64,000 bases of DNA, taken from the NCBI RefSeq assembly GCF_009914755.1, contig NC_060943.1; one strand, written 5' to 3'. A program made the position numbers and the translations under genes. The notes under the pieces were generated by a model. The model had not been told where the DNA came from. It did not search any database and was given only the letters and a program-made list of their open reading frames with translations. The DNA comes from the human T2T-CHM13v2.0 reference genome, Homo sapiens. This document shows, piece after piece, positions 16,878-35,175 of this stretch. The stretch's first letter is position 1; each line of letters starts with the position of its first letter.

Positions 16878-17160
16878 GGGCTGAGCACACTGGCTCACGC
16901 CTGTAATCCCAGCATTTTGGGAGGCCAAAGCTGGCGGATCATCTGAGTGAAGAGTTTGAGACTAGCTTGGCCGACATTGTGAAACCCCATCTCTACTAAC
17001 AATACAATAATTAGCCAGGCGTGGTGACGCCCGCCTGTAATCCCAGCTACTCAGGAGGCTGAAGTAGGAGAATTACTTGAACCCAGGAGGCGGAGGTTGC
17101 AGTGAGCCGAGATGGCGCCACTGACAGCACTCCAGCCTGGGTGATAGAGAGAGACTGTTG

Positions 17161-17195
<35 letters not shown>

Positions 17196-18607
17196 AGTCT
17201 ATTTACAAGGGTGGAGGCAGTGGGTAGAAAGATACAGGCAGCCCAAGGCAACCGTACATCAAGAAGGGAGTTGGGGAAATAAATACCCACCCTCCAGTTT
17301 CTTGCCAGTGTCTCCCCATTGGGCAAACCGATGCAGAAAGCTAGAGGTTCAGAAAGCTCATTGTGGTTCATGCTGATCCCAAGGTATGGTCAGACTCCCA
17401 GGAGTATGGCGGGGAGAGGTGGAGAGTGGACCTGAAGAGGCAAACAAAAAATATCCAGCATAGTCCGGGCACAGCAGCTCACACCTGTAATTCCAGCACT
17501 TTGGGAAGCTGAGGTGTGAAGATCACTTGAGGCCAAGAGTTCGAGACCAGCCTGGACAACATAATGAGACTCATCTCTACAAAAAAAAAATTTTTTTTTA
17601 ATTAGCCTGGCATGGTGGCATGCACCTGTAATTCCAGTTATTTCCAAGGCTGAGGAGGGAGGATGGCTTGAGCCTAGGAGTTTGAGGCTGCAGTGAGCTA
17701 TGATTGTACCACTGCACTACAGCCTGGGCAACAGAGTGAGACCCTGTCTCAAAAAAAAAAGGGAAGAAAAGAAAAAAGAAAAACATCCAGCATAGTGTTC
17801 TATTTGTATTGTTATTGTATTTCTTATTGTGGCCTATGAGGCCCTTCAAGGTTTAGGCCTAACCTCTGCCTCCTCTTCCCACCCCACCCACTACATTCCT
17901 CTCTGAAACCCAGGGACTGACTGGGAAGGGATGGGAGACAACCTTCTGGAGTGATGGTGATGTTCTGATTCAAGATAAGGATTTTGGCGGCACGGGCCTG
18001 CACATTTGTCAGAATTCCTCTAACAATGTGCTTAAGTTTTGTGCATTTCAGCATATGTAAATTTTACCTGAAGAGGAGAAACTAAATAAATATGCTTTTC
18101 AACTTACTTTGAAATGCATTGAAAAGGCAAGAAGGAGTGATGGATAGATGGATGGAAAGGTGGGTAAATACTTGATAAAGCAAGTTGAGTAAGATGTTAA
18201 TTAATTTAGAATCTAGGTGATGGGGCCAGGCACGGTGGCTCATGCCTGTAATCCCAGCACTTTGGGAGGCCAAGGCAGGCAGATGGCTTGAGTACAGGAG
18301 TTCGAGACCAGCCTGGGCAACAGGGCGAAATCCTATCTATCTCTACAAAAAAAAAATTAGCCAGGCGTGGTGGCACATGCCCCTAGTCCCAACTACTCAG
18401 GAGGCTGAGGTGGGAGGATCACCTGAGCCACAGAAGTCGAGGCTGAAGTGAGCCAAGATTGCACCACTACACTCCAGGCTGGGCTATGGGAGTGAGACCC
18501 TGTGTCCAAAGATAAAATAAAAATAGAGCTGGGCACGGTGGCTCACCCCTGTAATCCCAGCATTTTGGGAGGCCAAGGCGGATGAATCACTTGAGGCCAG
18601 GAGTTCA

Positions 18608-18865
<258 letters not shown>

Positions 18866-19353
18866 TCACTGTAAGATTATTTTAACTTCTCTATGTTTTA
18901 AATAATTCATTTTAAACATCTGTGCAAAAGTAAAAATAAAAATTTGGGAAAGTGTTGAGTCAGCAAAGGAATTTGGATTGGATTGATTGGTTGGAGGAAC
19001 CAAGAAGAAATGAATTGCTCTGGGACTTTCCACAGAAACCACAACCGCTTCCCTGCAGCATAGAGCTGGCCTCCAGGAACAAACTGTGCCAGCTCTCAAG
19101 TCTCAGTTCTCCAGAAAGCCTGTCAGGAAAAAAGTGCAGAGAAGAGAAAGAGACAGCACCCTTGCTTCTCAGAAATCCTGTGATGAACAGATCTGCCTAA
19201 CATCTGAAGTCATGCACTATTCATTCGACAAACTATAATTGAAACCCTCCTCTGTGCCCAGCCCTGAGATGTGTGTGTGGCACTGACAACATAGCCCCAG
19301 CCCTTCCCTCAGGAGACTCAAAGTCCAGGGGCAGAGACAGACACATCTTCCAG

Positions 19354-20690
<1,337 letters not shown>

Positions 20691-21235
20691 TCCAGATAGC
20701 AACAATCCCAAGTGATCAAAACAATAATGGGGGAAGCCCCAAATGAGGCATGTGACCCAGACTGGTGGTCAGGAAAGATACCTGATGGAGAGGACATCCA
20801 AGCTAAGTCTTAAAGAAAGAGTAGGTGTCACCAGGTAGAGACGGAAGGACAATGGAAAAGCATTCCAGGCAGAAGGAACAGCAACTGCAAAGGTCTGGGA
20901 GTGAGCAGAAGAGTTTGATGCTCAAACTTTTCTGAACTGAACTTTTCTGAACTGAAAAGTTCAGTGTCATTGGAATGTGAAAGGAAGCAGAGGGTAGGGA
21001 GGGGTTAAAGGCAAGCATGCAGCAGTCACCAGTTCCTGTGTGGGCTTGTAAGCCATGGTAGGGCATTGGAATCTTACCCTGCGAGTGCTGGGGAGTCACA
21101 ACAGGGTTATAGTCAGTAGGAGGACTTCACCAGTTTGTAAATGATTCCAATTGCAAAACAAGGGAAGGAGATGAGGGAATGTATCGGTCAGGATTGGCTA
21201 AGTTATGCTGCAGTGACAAACAGCTCCAGAATTCA

Positions 21236-21394
<159 letters not shown>

Positions 21395-21543
21395 TTACCT
21401 GGGCACGGTGTGCACACCTGTAGTCCCATCTACTCAGAAGCCTGAGACAGGAGGATCTCTTGAGCCCAGGAGTTCAAGGTTACCATGAGCCGTGATCGCA
21501 CCACTGCACTCCAGCCTGGGTGACAAAGCAAGACCCCATCTCA

Positions 21544-21897
<354 letters not shown>

Positions 21898-21906
21898 TTA
21901 ATTTAG

Positions 21907-22212
<306 letters not shown>

Positions 22213-23478
22213 TGAGAAAACTGAGGCACAGAAAGATGATGGGGCTTGTCCAAAGTCACGAGCTAGAGCAGGAGCAGGGATTTGAACCCCAGCCATCGGG
22301 CTCCTTGCAAGGAGAGCAGAGATGGGTTCCTACATGGTCATTCCTTGGGCTGGGTGAGTGTGAGCCCTTGGTGGTCCAATCCTACTCCCCCCAGAGGTCT
22401 CAGTAAAGAGAGAATGCTAGTGATTCTTGAGAATACTGAAGGGAAAACCCACAGTTGGTCCCAAGAACGACGGTGTGGGTGGAAGTGAAGAGATGTGGGA
22501 AAAGATTTTCCTCTTTCTTGCCCCAGATTGCCAGGGAGTTGGAAAAATCCCCTTGCACTATGGGCTATAGACTAGTGGCTGTCACTGCTACTGGATTCTT
22601 CATCACTGGAAAAGCAGAAAGTTGGGGTGAGTTCCCTGTGAAGTCCCAGACCAGGAGAATGGATGTAGGAGGAGGGCCTCTCTTTGTTCTTGTTTTTTGT
22701 TTGTTTGGTTTGGTTTGGTTTTTGTGGGGTTTTTTGTTTTGTTTTGTTTCTGAGACAAGGTCTTGCTCTGTCACCCAGGCTGGAGTGCAATGTCATGATC
22801 AGAGCTCACTGCAGCCTCAACCTCCCGGGGATCAAGCGATCCTCCCACCCCAGCCTCCTGAGTAGCTGGGATTACAGGCGCGTGCCACCACACGCCTGGC
22901 TAACTTTTGTACTTTTTTTAGAGACGAGGTTTCACCATGTTGTCCAGACTGGTCTAGAACTCCTGGGCTCAAGCTATCCTCCCACCTCGGCCTCCCAAAG
23001 TGCTAGAATTACAGGTGTGAGCCACCGTGCCCGGCCAGGAGAGCCTCTCTTCAACAAGCATCTCCAGTGTGCCAGGCTCTGGAAGGAGAACTCTAGTCTC
23101 TCATTTTATGACCCTCCCTTTCCAAATGGGGAAACTGAGGCTCAGAGGAGACATGTGACTCATCCAACATCACACAGAGGGGAAGGATGGAAAAGTTTCC
23201 TCCCACCCCCATCCCATGGCCACCCAATTCCCTTTCCAGAGGCAATGGTATTTATTGCCTTGTGGGTATTTCTTGACATGTTCTAGGCATATACAAGCAT
23301 TTACACACAGATTTTTTTTTTTTTACACAATAGTGGTACACTGTTCTGTATCTTATCTTTCATTTTACTTAACATTATTTTCAAGATCTTTCCACATTAA
23401 TACAAATAGATGTGCCTGGTTTTATTTATTTTATTTAATTAATTTATTTTTGAGACAGAGTCTCACTCTGTCACCTAG

Positions 23479-23727
<249 letters not shown>

Positions 23728-24453
23728 TAGCTCATTTTATTTTTATAATGCCCATAAAGCATCAAACTGTGTGAGCACACCATCATAAGCATAACCAGTT
23801 CCCTCCTGATAAACATTTAGGTTATTCCTAATGTTTTGTTATTCCAAACACTACTGCAATTAACATCCTGGAGCAGACCTGACATCAGCCTCAGGCGTCC
23901 ATGTCTACATGTGAGATAAATTCCTGAGAGAAAAACCTGCCAAGTCAGAAGCGATCTGCATTTGTCATTTAGAAAGACGTTTCCAAATTGCACCCCAATT
24001 TCCCTCCCCTGCAACTGATTGACCAACCATTTCTCAAAAGGGCTTTTTGAGCACTCTCTCTCTCTCTCTCTCTTGCTGTCTCTGTATTTTTTTAATGTTT
24101 GACAGCAAGAAGATAGTCATGTCTTGCTTATGTAATTAAAATTAAACAAGCCCTTCGTTAAAAACACACAAACCCAGGAAGAAGAGAAACCAGCAAGGCC
24201 AGTTCAGGCAGATCCACCCTGCCCCTTGTCACACCTGCCTTGTCCCCAGCAAGCCCTGAAAAAGAGGCTGAAATCAATTTCTCACACATGGACCTCAGAC
24301 ATCAAACCTTGGAAAAAATACAGGAAAGAGATTTTGTAACTTTCCCCCTCTGTGGCTTTTCGTACGGCTAAACCCTCTCACTCTCTCTTCCCTTTCTTTC
24401 TCCTCGTCCTTTTTCTTCTTTCTCTCACTTCTGTTTTGGTGAGCTGTCATTAA

Positions 24454-24927
<474 letters not shown>

Positions 24928-25566
24928 TGAACTCCTGACCTAAGGTGATCCGCCCGCCTCGACCTCCCAAAGTGCTGGGATTACAGGCGTGAGCCACCAT
25001 GCCCAGCCGATTTTGTTGCATTTTTAGTAGAGATGGGGTTTCGCCATATTGGCCAGACTGGTCTCGAACTCCTCACCTAAGGTGATCCGCCCGCCTCGAC
25101 CTCCCAAAGTGCTGTGATTACAGGCGTGAGCCACCATGCCCAGCCGATTTTGTTGCATTTTTAGTAGAGATGGGGTTTCGCCATATTGGCCAGACTGGTC
25201 TCAAACTCCTGACTTCAAGAGATCCACCCGCCTCGGCCTCACAAAATGTTGCGATTATGGGTATGAGCCACCACACCTGGCCAGAATCTGGTATTTTTAA
25301 CAGAAAGCAGAGCTAGGAGCTTAAAAGTAGAAACTAGATGAGCAAAACAATTGATTATATTTGAAACACATTAAGCTCTTCTTTTCTCTTCTCCTCCTGA
25401 ACACAAGCAAGTAACTGTCTGGAAGGAGGTTGGAGGGGTTGCGGTGGGGGAGCGGGAGTCTCAGGGCCCATAATGGGTTTCAGAGGCCAAGATGGATAAG
25501 GAGGTCATCCTCCCAAGAAGATGGGAAGGCTGGACAGTGACAGCTGCAAAAGATTGGTTACTTTCA

Positions 25567-25949
<383 letters not shown>

Positions 25950-25995
25950 TAGCTGGGACTACAGGCACGTGCCACCACACCTGGCTAATTTTTAA

Positions 25996-26976
<981 letters not shown>

Positions 26977-27399
26977 CTCTGTAAAGCTGACCTGCCCGTG
27001 TTCAAATCCGAGCTCCACTGCTTAATAGCTGAGTGACGTGGGGCAAGTTTCTTAACCTCTCTAGCCCTGATTTCCCCATCTTGTAAAATGCAGGTGATTA
27101 ACACTTACTTCATAGGATGGTTTTGTAGATTAAATATATTAATCCAAGTACAGCACTTAATACAGTACCTGGCACATAATCAATGTATTATTTGCTGTGG
27201 GTAATTACTTCATCATTCTGAGCCTCAGTTTCCCCAATCATCCCATCTGAAAATATGTGGAAAAGTCAATGAGATGATGGCTGTAAACTGATAGCATAGA
27301 CTTGGCATCTAGTAAGACTGTCTTTAATCACTAACACAGCTGGGCACGGTGCCTCACATCTGTAATCCCAGCACTTGAGAGACAGAGGCAGGAGGATCA

Positions 27400-27795
<396 letters not shown>

Positions 27796-28242
27796 TCATT
27801 AATACTCCCAACACTACATTTACCATCACTGATGTTTCCCTCTATACATGTATTGCAATATATGTGTTTCAGAATAAGAGCTCATACTCTTATTGATGTT
27901 CTATTTTGTTGCTATTCTCCTTATTTGCTATTGTTTTGTTGTTACCTCACACTACTCCCCATTATCAATAGTAATATTGGCTATCAATAGCAATATTGGC
28001 AATATACTGTTATGATCTCACTATTCCCCACATCTGATCCTCCTCCCATCAAGCAGTCGCAAAGCCTACCAGGAACTCTCTCATTCCCAAACCAGGCTTT
28101 TCCCCTCCAGTGCCTCTAGGGCCAGGCCTTCATCTGATTGGAAGGAGATGGAGGTGGGGCTCAAGCCCCAGGTCCCCAACATCAAGCAAAGACCAACAGC
28201 AGCACCCCCGGGTCCTACGGACAAGTGGGACACAGTAGGTAA

Positions 28243-28547
<305 letters not shown>

Positions 28548-29151
28548 TAATGACTCTTAGTAAACCAGATGAAGCCGGGTGCAGTGGCTCCTGCCTGTAA
28601 TCCCAACACTTTGGGAGTCCAAGGCAGGAGGACTGGGCATCATAGCAAGACCTCATCTCTACAAAAAATAAAATTAGCCAAGTATGATGGGATAAGCCTG
28701 TAGTCCCAGCTACTTGGGAGCCTGAGGCAGGAGTTAGAGGTTGCAGTGAGCTATGATTGGGCCACTGCAGTCCAGTTTGGGTGAACAGAGACCCCGTCTC
28801 TAAAACAATGCAGACGGCTGGCTGGATGACAAGGCGGGTGGAGCCTAGGGAGGGTACATAAACTCATTAGACAAAGCTCTCTATTCCCTGGCATTGCTAA
28901 AAGCCCCATTCGCCCCTCCATGCTGCTTAATGGTTTCGCCCGGTCTCCCCCTCACCAGTGGGACCACCCACATGCAGGATAGACCCAGGAGATTAAAGTT
29001 CAACCGTGACTTCCCCCAGGACTGCGGCTCTAGGTCCCATATCTCTCCCGTTAAAGGCTTTATGATGCCCACCCTAGCTCAGCTAGAGCGGTTATTGCGA
29101 GAAACAAGGTGGAAGTGACTCCTTTAAAGCACTATACAAAGTAATTAAATC

Positions 29152-29157
29152 TTTATT
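29152..29157 (-). terminator. LYPD3: LYPD3 polyadenylation signal AATAAA
   Basis: tttatt on the + strand, about 540 nt past the stop codon, in unique 3'UTR-like sequence. Confidence 0.85.
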
Positions 29158-29693
29158 GAGGCATTTATGTGCCAGAAACTGATCACACACAGACATAAGG
29201 CACGGTCCCTGCCCTCGAGGAGCTCACAGTCTAGTAAGGAAGACATATGGGGAACCGATTCCCCAAAGATGCGGGGAGTAGGGGAGGCAGTGCTTAGAGT
29301 GGGGAGCCATTGTCCCACCCACCCCACGCTCCAAAGTCCAGGCTGGCTAGGAGAAAGTGAGTAGGAAGCTTAGCATCCTCTCTCTCACCTTCCCCGTGAC
29401 AGCTGACTTCTCTCACTCTGTCCTAACATCACAAGAGGACAAGCGGAGAGACAAGGATGAGAAGGATACAGGAGCTGTCCTCAAAAAGCTAGAACACCCC
29501 TGGCAGAATATATACAACGGTATTTTATTTCCCAAAGCCGCAAACCAGCGCAGCAGAAGCTGGGGATACTGGGGAATGTTGGAAAAACAGGGGCTGGGCC
29601 AGCCCAGTCCAGTGGTGGGAACAGGAAGTGATGAGAAGAGGGGTACCCAGGGCCAGAGAAGTAGGTGAGAGGGAAATTTCCAGGTGGAGAAGC

Positions 29694-30190
29694 TCACAGT
29701 AGGACACCAGCAGCCACGGCCAACAGAAGGGCTGCCAATCCAGCTGTGGGAGCCACACAGCCTTTATTATGGGGCTGCTGGGGCCCCCCTTTTGCAGGAT
29801 ACTGCCCTGAATTGCTGCGGTCCTGGTGGCCAGCGGCGCCTCCAGTCAACCTGGGCTCCTCATCCCGGGAGGCCTCGTGTTCTACTCCCTGTCTCGGAGT
29901 CTGACTGGTTGGCGCTGGCATGGGTTTGGTGGTGGATGTGGGTCTCACTGGGGCCGAGGTAGAAGTGGTGACAGATGTGGTTGAGGCCACAGTCGTGGGC
30001 TCTGGAGGGGGCAGCCGGACAAGGGGTGGGATTCGAGGGGAGAAGTAGGTCTTGTTGCGGAGGTCAGAGTTACAGCGGGACCCCTGGCAACAGGAGCCAC
30101 TGAGCGTGAACCCTGGGCCTGTTACTCCATCCCGAGTGCAGAATTCATCCTGGACACAGCCCCGGACAGGCAAGGACACAGTCACATTAG
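29694..30190 (-). CDS. LYPD3: LYPD3 coding exon 5: end of LU domain II, Ser/Thr/Pro-rich stalk, GPI signal
   Basis: Encodes (A)NVTVSLPVRGCVQDEFC...GSCCQGSRCN...TTSTSAPVRPTSTT...GLAALLLAVAAGVLL* (497 nt). The five exons sum to 1041 nt, i.e. 346 aa plus stop. Confidence 0.97.
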
Positions 30191-30788
30191 CTGCAGGAAG
30201 GAGACACAGATAGGTCAGTGGCTGGAGGGAGAGAGGTTGACATGGCCAGAACAAAACTTAGAGGCATCAGACAAGAACAGAGAACCTGACCGGGCGTGGT
30301 GGCTCACGCCTGTAATCCCAGCACTTTGGGAAGCCGAGGCAGGTGGATCACTGGGCAACAGAGTGAGACTCTGTCTTGCAAAAAAAAAAAGAACAGAGAA
30401 CCCCCAAAATGAGACAGAAAGTCTCTGCATCCATTAATCCCAAAATCTCAACTCAGGTCCTACTATGAGAAACAGACAGACTCACTGTCTTTGGCACATG
30501 GTGGATTAACATTTTCCATTGTGCTTTGAATGGAAATGTGTGTAGGCTGAACCAAAAGTAGGGTTTAAAACAAAGGCTTAGACTGAGATACAAGACCTCT
30601 CACAAGACCACAGTGCAGAACAAACTTCCTCTACAACCCTCTCGCCATTATCCCCTTAGCCTTCACCCTGGCTTTTACCTCCCCATCAGAATTTAGTCTT
30701 AGAGTCAGAGTTACATCTCCACACCAGGCTCAGTGGTTCACGGCTGTAATCCCAGCACTCTGGGAGACCTAGGCAGGGGGATCTCTTA

Positions 30789-30997
<209 letters not shown>

Positions 30998-31467
30998 TTA
31001 AAAAAAAATAGTAATAATAAAATAAAAAAGAACTACATCTTCCATAGCATAACTGGCAGGGGATGGGATTTGAAGAACTTCATTTTCCATGGTTACATTT
31101 CTCAATAGTCTGGGACAGACGGGGGACCCCTTGAGTTTTAAGGGCTAAGAACTAGAGATTCCCCGCAGTGCCTGGGCAGAAGCTTAGAGGCTTAAATACC
31201 TCTTAAGTACCTGGCAGCCCTCTATGGAAATGCATTTCCCTCCAAAACACTCTGGGACAAAGCATCACTATCCCCACACTATTAATATGTTGGGGGAAGG
31301 GACTGCATTTTCCATGATGCCCTACGATACAAGCACTTAGGCCCCACGATTCCCAGAATGCGTCGCAGGTTAAGGAAACGCTTTGGGTAAAGGGCTCCCT
31401 ACCGCCCAGGGTGCTTCAGAAGGGCTACCACAACTCCCGTAGGTCCCGTGCTCCGGGGCTCCCTCAC

Positions 31468-31629
31468 CTGCCGTCAAGGTGACGTTGCCGTCGAAGCAGC
31501 CCTTGTAGACATGATCGCTGGCGTTGTAGCAGCTCACGACCGGCGGCGATGTACCCTGGCACGCCTCCCGGCTCAGGCCCACACAGCTGTAGCACTCCAC
31601 GCCGTTGGGCGGGTATGCACTCTCATTAC
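31468..31629 (-). CDS. LYPD3: LYPD3 coding exon 4, start of LU domain II
   Basis: Encodes (G)NESAYPPNGVECYSCVGLSREACQGTSPPVVSCYNASDHVYKGCFDGNVTLTA (162 nt). AG acceptor and GTGAG donor. Confidence 0.97.
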
Positions 31630-31940
31630 CTGCGAGGGGAGCCGAGAGGAAGAAAAGGTGTCGAAAGGGTTCGGGAACCGCAGCTCGTCCTCTAGCCCCG
31701 CCCCTAAGGCCTGGCCCCGGCACTATCGATGACCCCGCCTACTAGTAGCCCCGCCCCAGCGCGCAACCTCGCGGCGCCTACAGCCAGAAAGTCCCTCCTG
31801 CTGCCTCTTGGCCCCGCCCCAGAGTGTGACCCCACCCCCAGCCCAGGTCGAGTACTCCCGCCTCTGCCACGGCTCCACCTCCATCTTGGCAGGCCCGAAT
31901 GTGGCTCCGCCCCCGCAGCTACGGCCCGGCCCCCACGGAC

Positions 31941-32111
31941 CTGCCGGGTCGAGCGCCCGCGAGGTGAGGTTGAGCTTGGCGTTGCAGCGATCCTGAGCGC
32001 ATTGCTGCAGCTGGATGAACGCCAGAAGCCCGTGAAGATCCAGGCCGCGGTCATTCTTGCCGGGGAGTCCCGAACCGCAACCCCGCACTGCCAGCGAGAA
32101 TTGTCCGTGGA
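31941..32111 (-). CDS. LYPD3: LYPD3 coding exon 3, end of LU domain I
   Basis: Encodes (I)HGQFSLAVRGCGSGLPGKNDRGLDLHGLLAFIQLQQCAQDRCNAKLNLTSRALDPA (171 nt). Flanked by AG and GT. Carries the LU-type terminal CN motif. Confidence 0.97.
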
Positions 32112-32666
32112 CTAGGGAGAGGGACAAGGGCGGGATTAGCTGTGGGCGTGGTCTCAGATGGGGCGTGGCCCAGAGTTGGGTAGGGTCTGGGAGGGGCGGG
32201 GCCTCAAATAGGCCAACACCACAGGACCGACAGGCAGGAATTGGCGGATGGACGCCCCCAAAGAGCCGCTCAGAGCGGAAAGAACGACCGAAGCAGGGAG
32301 GAGCGGGGTCACGGAACGGGGGCGGAACCTCAAAGAGCTGAGTCGGAGGAGACAGCCTGGTTGACAGGCAGGGATGGGGAGGTCTCATTGGTGGAGCAGA
32401 AAAAGTGCATAGGACGTGACCTCGTTCCAAACCCGAGCTCTCCCCGTCCGCCCCACCCAGTTCTCAACTCTCTGCTCCTCGCGCTTGTAATTGTTAATAG
32501 AAAAGGCCTGGCCTGCAAGGCTGTGTCGTAGGGTCCCGGCCAGGCTGAAAGGGAGGGGTGGGGCCGCGTTAAAGGGGCGTGGCCAGATCCAGAAAGGACT
32601 ATAAGGAGGCGGGGCTGGGCCGGAGGAGCCTGCAGTGGTGTGCGTGGCCCGGGGGTCCCCACTCAC

Positions 32667-32798
32667 TGGTCTCCACCGCCCCCACGGCCTCGGTGCAGAC
32701 GTCCACGCCCGGCGCGCACTTCACTGTCTTCATCTTGTTCGGGGAGCATCCGTCATCTGCTTTCTGCACGCAGCTGTAGCACTCCAGGGCCTGCGCTC
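32667..32798 (-). CDS. LYPD3: LYPD3 coding exon 2, start of LU domain I
   Basis: AG acceptor at 32800-32799. Encodes (G)AQALECYSCVQKADDGCSPNKMKTVKCAPGVDVCTEAVGAVET (132 nt). GTGAGT donor. Phase 1 at both ends. Confidence 0.97.
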
Positions 32799-33838
32799 CT
32801 GGGGGAGCGGAGCCGAATAGACCTGAGCCCTCCTTGCTAAAGCGTCCACCCCCAAGGAGAAATAGTCCTTCCCATGCCCTCTGTCCCGGGATTAGACAGT
32901 CTTATTGCACACACTTTTCCAGGGCAGGAGTAGGGAAAAGCTTTCCACAAATCTGGAAGCACGGGAATCACTGGACCCTTTTCCTTCACACCCACTATGC
33001 CAACTGTGGGCACATCCTTCCGACAGCCCTGTATGCCCACTGTAGGCGATCCCCGCCATGAAGCCCCTCATCCCGGGGTAGGAAGGATACCTCCTCACGG
33101 TTTTCTGCTCAGAATGAGAGAACTTTTCCCACAGTGTGTGGGAGAACTTTTCCCACAGTAGACTGTGCTCAGTGAGGGATCCCTTCCCACAGCCCCCTTC
33201 TGCTCAAATGAGAGAACACTACCCACAGCTTCTCTGCCCAGGACAGGGAACACTTTTTTCTTTTTTTCTTTTTTTTTTTTTTTTTTTTTTTTTTGAGACG
33301 GAGTCTCGCTCTGTCGCCAGGCTGGAGTGCAGTGGCGCAATCTCGGCTCACTGCAACCTCCCCTCCTGGATTCAAACGATTCTCCTGCCTCAGCCTCCCG
33401 AGTAGCTGGGACTACAGGCTCGCGCTACCGCGCCCAGCTAATTTTTGTATTTTTAGTAGAGACAGGGTTTCACCATGTTGGCCAGGCTGGTCTCGATCGT
33501 TTGACCTCATGATCCGCCTGCCTCGGCCTCCCAAAGTGCTGAGATTACAGGCATGAACCACCGCGCCCGGCCTAGGAACAGGGGACTTCTTTCTGCAGCT
33601 TCAGGATAGGAAAATTTTGCCCACAGCTCCCCTTGTCCGTGGTGGGGAACCCTTCCTACGGCCCATGGTGGAGGACCCTTCCCTCTGCCTCCCTTGCTTA
33701 GGATGGGGGAACTTTGCCCACAGTGCCCTCTGCTTATGTGGGGATCCTTCCCACAGCCTTCTCTGTACGGGGCCAGAGGAGCCTCCTCCCTAAGAGCCCC
33801 CACTCTACCCCCTCCACCTCTCCGGGCAGCAGACCCAC

Positions 33839-33917
33839 CTCCGCGAAGCAGCAGCAGCAGCAGCCAGCCTGCAGTCCAGATCATGGCCTGGGCACCTGCT
33901 TTCCTGGCGGGGTCCAT
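33839..33917 (-). CDS. LYPD3: LYPD3 (C4.4A) coding exon 1, signal peptide
   Basis: ATG at 33917 in gccATGg context. Encodes MDPARKAGAQAMIWTAGWLLLLLLRG+G (79 nt). GT donor at 33838-33837. Matches the known C4.4A N-terminus. Confidence 0.97.
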
Positions 33918-34110
33918 GGCTCCGTCCTGCTCCCTTGGCGTCCCCCCTGGGTGTGCCGCCTCCGAGCTCGGGCCCTCTTACCTGAGCCCAGGATGAGTAA
34001 CCTCGCCCCAGGCAACCCCAGCCTTGCCCAACCGGGCCAACTCAGCGTCGGCTGTGGGGCGGGGCCCCGCCCCTAGGCGCGTCATCCAAGGGAGAGCGGT
34101 CCCTGCCCTG
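33918..34110 (-). promoter_or_regulatory. LYPD3: LYPD3 5'UTR and proximal promoter (GC-rich, no clear TATA box)
   Basis: CpG-rich. Back-to-back GC boxes GGGGCGGGGCCCCGCCC at about 34056-34072. AP-1-like TGAGTAA at 33994-34000. Confidence 0.7.
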
Positions 34111-34856
34111 TGAAGTTGCCAAGGAGGGAAAGGGTGGGAGCTGAGGTTCCCTGACAGCTCGCGGGAGAAAGTCTGTGTGTGTTTGGAGTGGGAGAGTAGT
34201 GGGGCTTAAAGACAGGCTGGGGCTACTCGACATTCAGTGTTCGGTAACTGTTAAATGAGCATCTACAGTGTGCCCGGCTTTGGTCTAGGTAATGCTGGAG
34301 ATGAAGACAGAACCAGTGCCTGTCCTGGCAGAGCTCACAGTCTGATGGGGGAGACAGATGCTAATCAAATAATCGTACAAATTGGTGTTTACCAAAGAGA
34401 CTAAGACACTGAAGGAAAAAGTGTAGTGATACAAGGAGATGTGCAGTCTAGAAGTGGGGGCTGGTCGGTGAGGGCTTCCTTGAGGTTATCTGAGATGCAA
34501 CCTCAAGGGCATGCAGGATGTAGCCAGCTAGAGCAGGTCAAGAGAGGGACACAGCCCTTTACAAGCAGAGGGAACAGCACGTGGGAGCACCTGGAGGTAG
34601 GAGGTAGGATGGACCATTCAAACATGGAAAGGAGAGCAGTGCTCCTGAGCTCAGAAGTCCATGAGAGAAGGGCAGGAACTGAGATGAAAGAGTCAGGCAG
34701 AGGCCGAGACACTCAGGGCATCAGAGGCCCCGACAAGAGATTTGGATTAATTTTGAGAATAGTAGAGAACCTTTAAGAGGGTCTAAATGAGCTGGAGGAC
34801 ATAATAGATTTGCTTCCTAATATGATCAACCTGAGAAATAGTGCAGCTAGCCATCA

Positions 34857-35175
<319 letters not shown>

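Larger units (their letters stand above)
31340..32830. promoter_or_regulatory. Intragenic CpG island over LYPD3 exons 2-4 with many Sp/KLF GC boxes
   Basis: Dense CpG. Repeated CCCCGCCCC/GGGGCGGGG motifs in introns 2 and 3 (e.g. about 31696, 31748, 31812, 32193). Confidence 0.75.

Noticed and set aside
31723-32430. 235-aa minus-strand ORF through LYPD3 introns 2-3
   Set aside because: Read-through of exon 3 into GC-rich, stop-poor intron sequence. Only 31941-32111 is supported by splice sites and LU cysteines.
33847-33864. (CTG)n run in LYPD3 exon 1 as an unstable triplet repeat
   Set aside because: Only about five units, encoding the ordinary poly-Leu core of the signal peptide.
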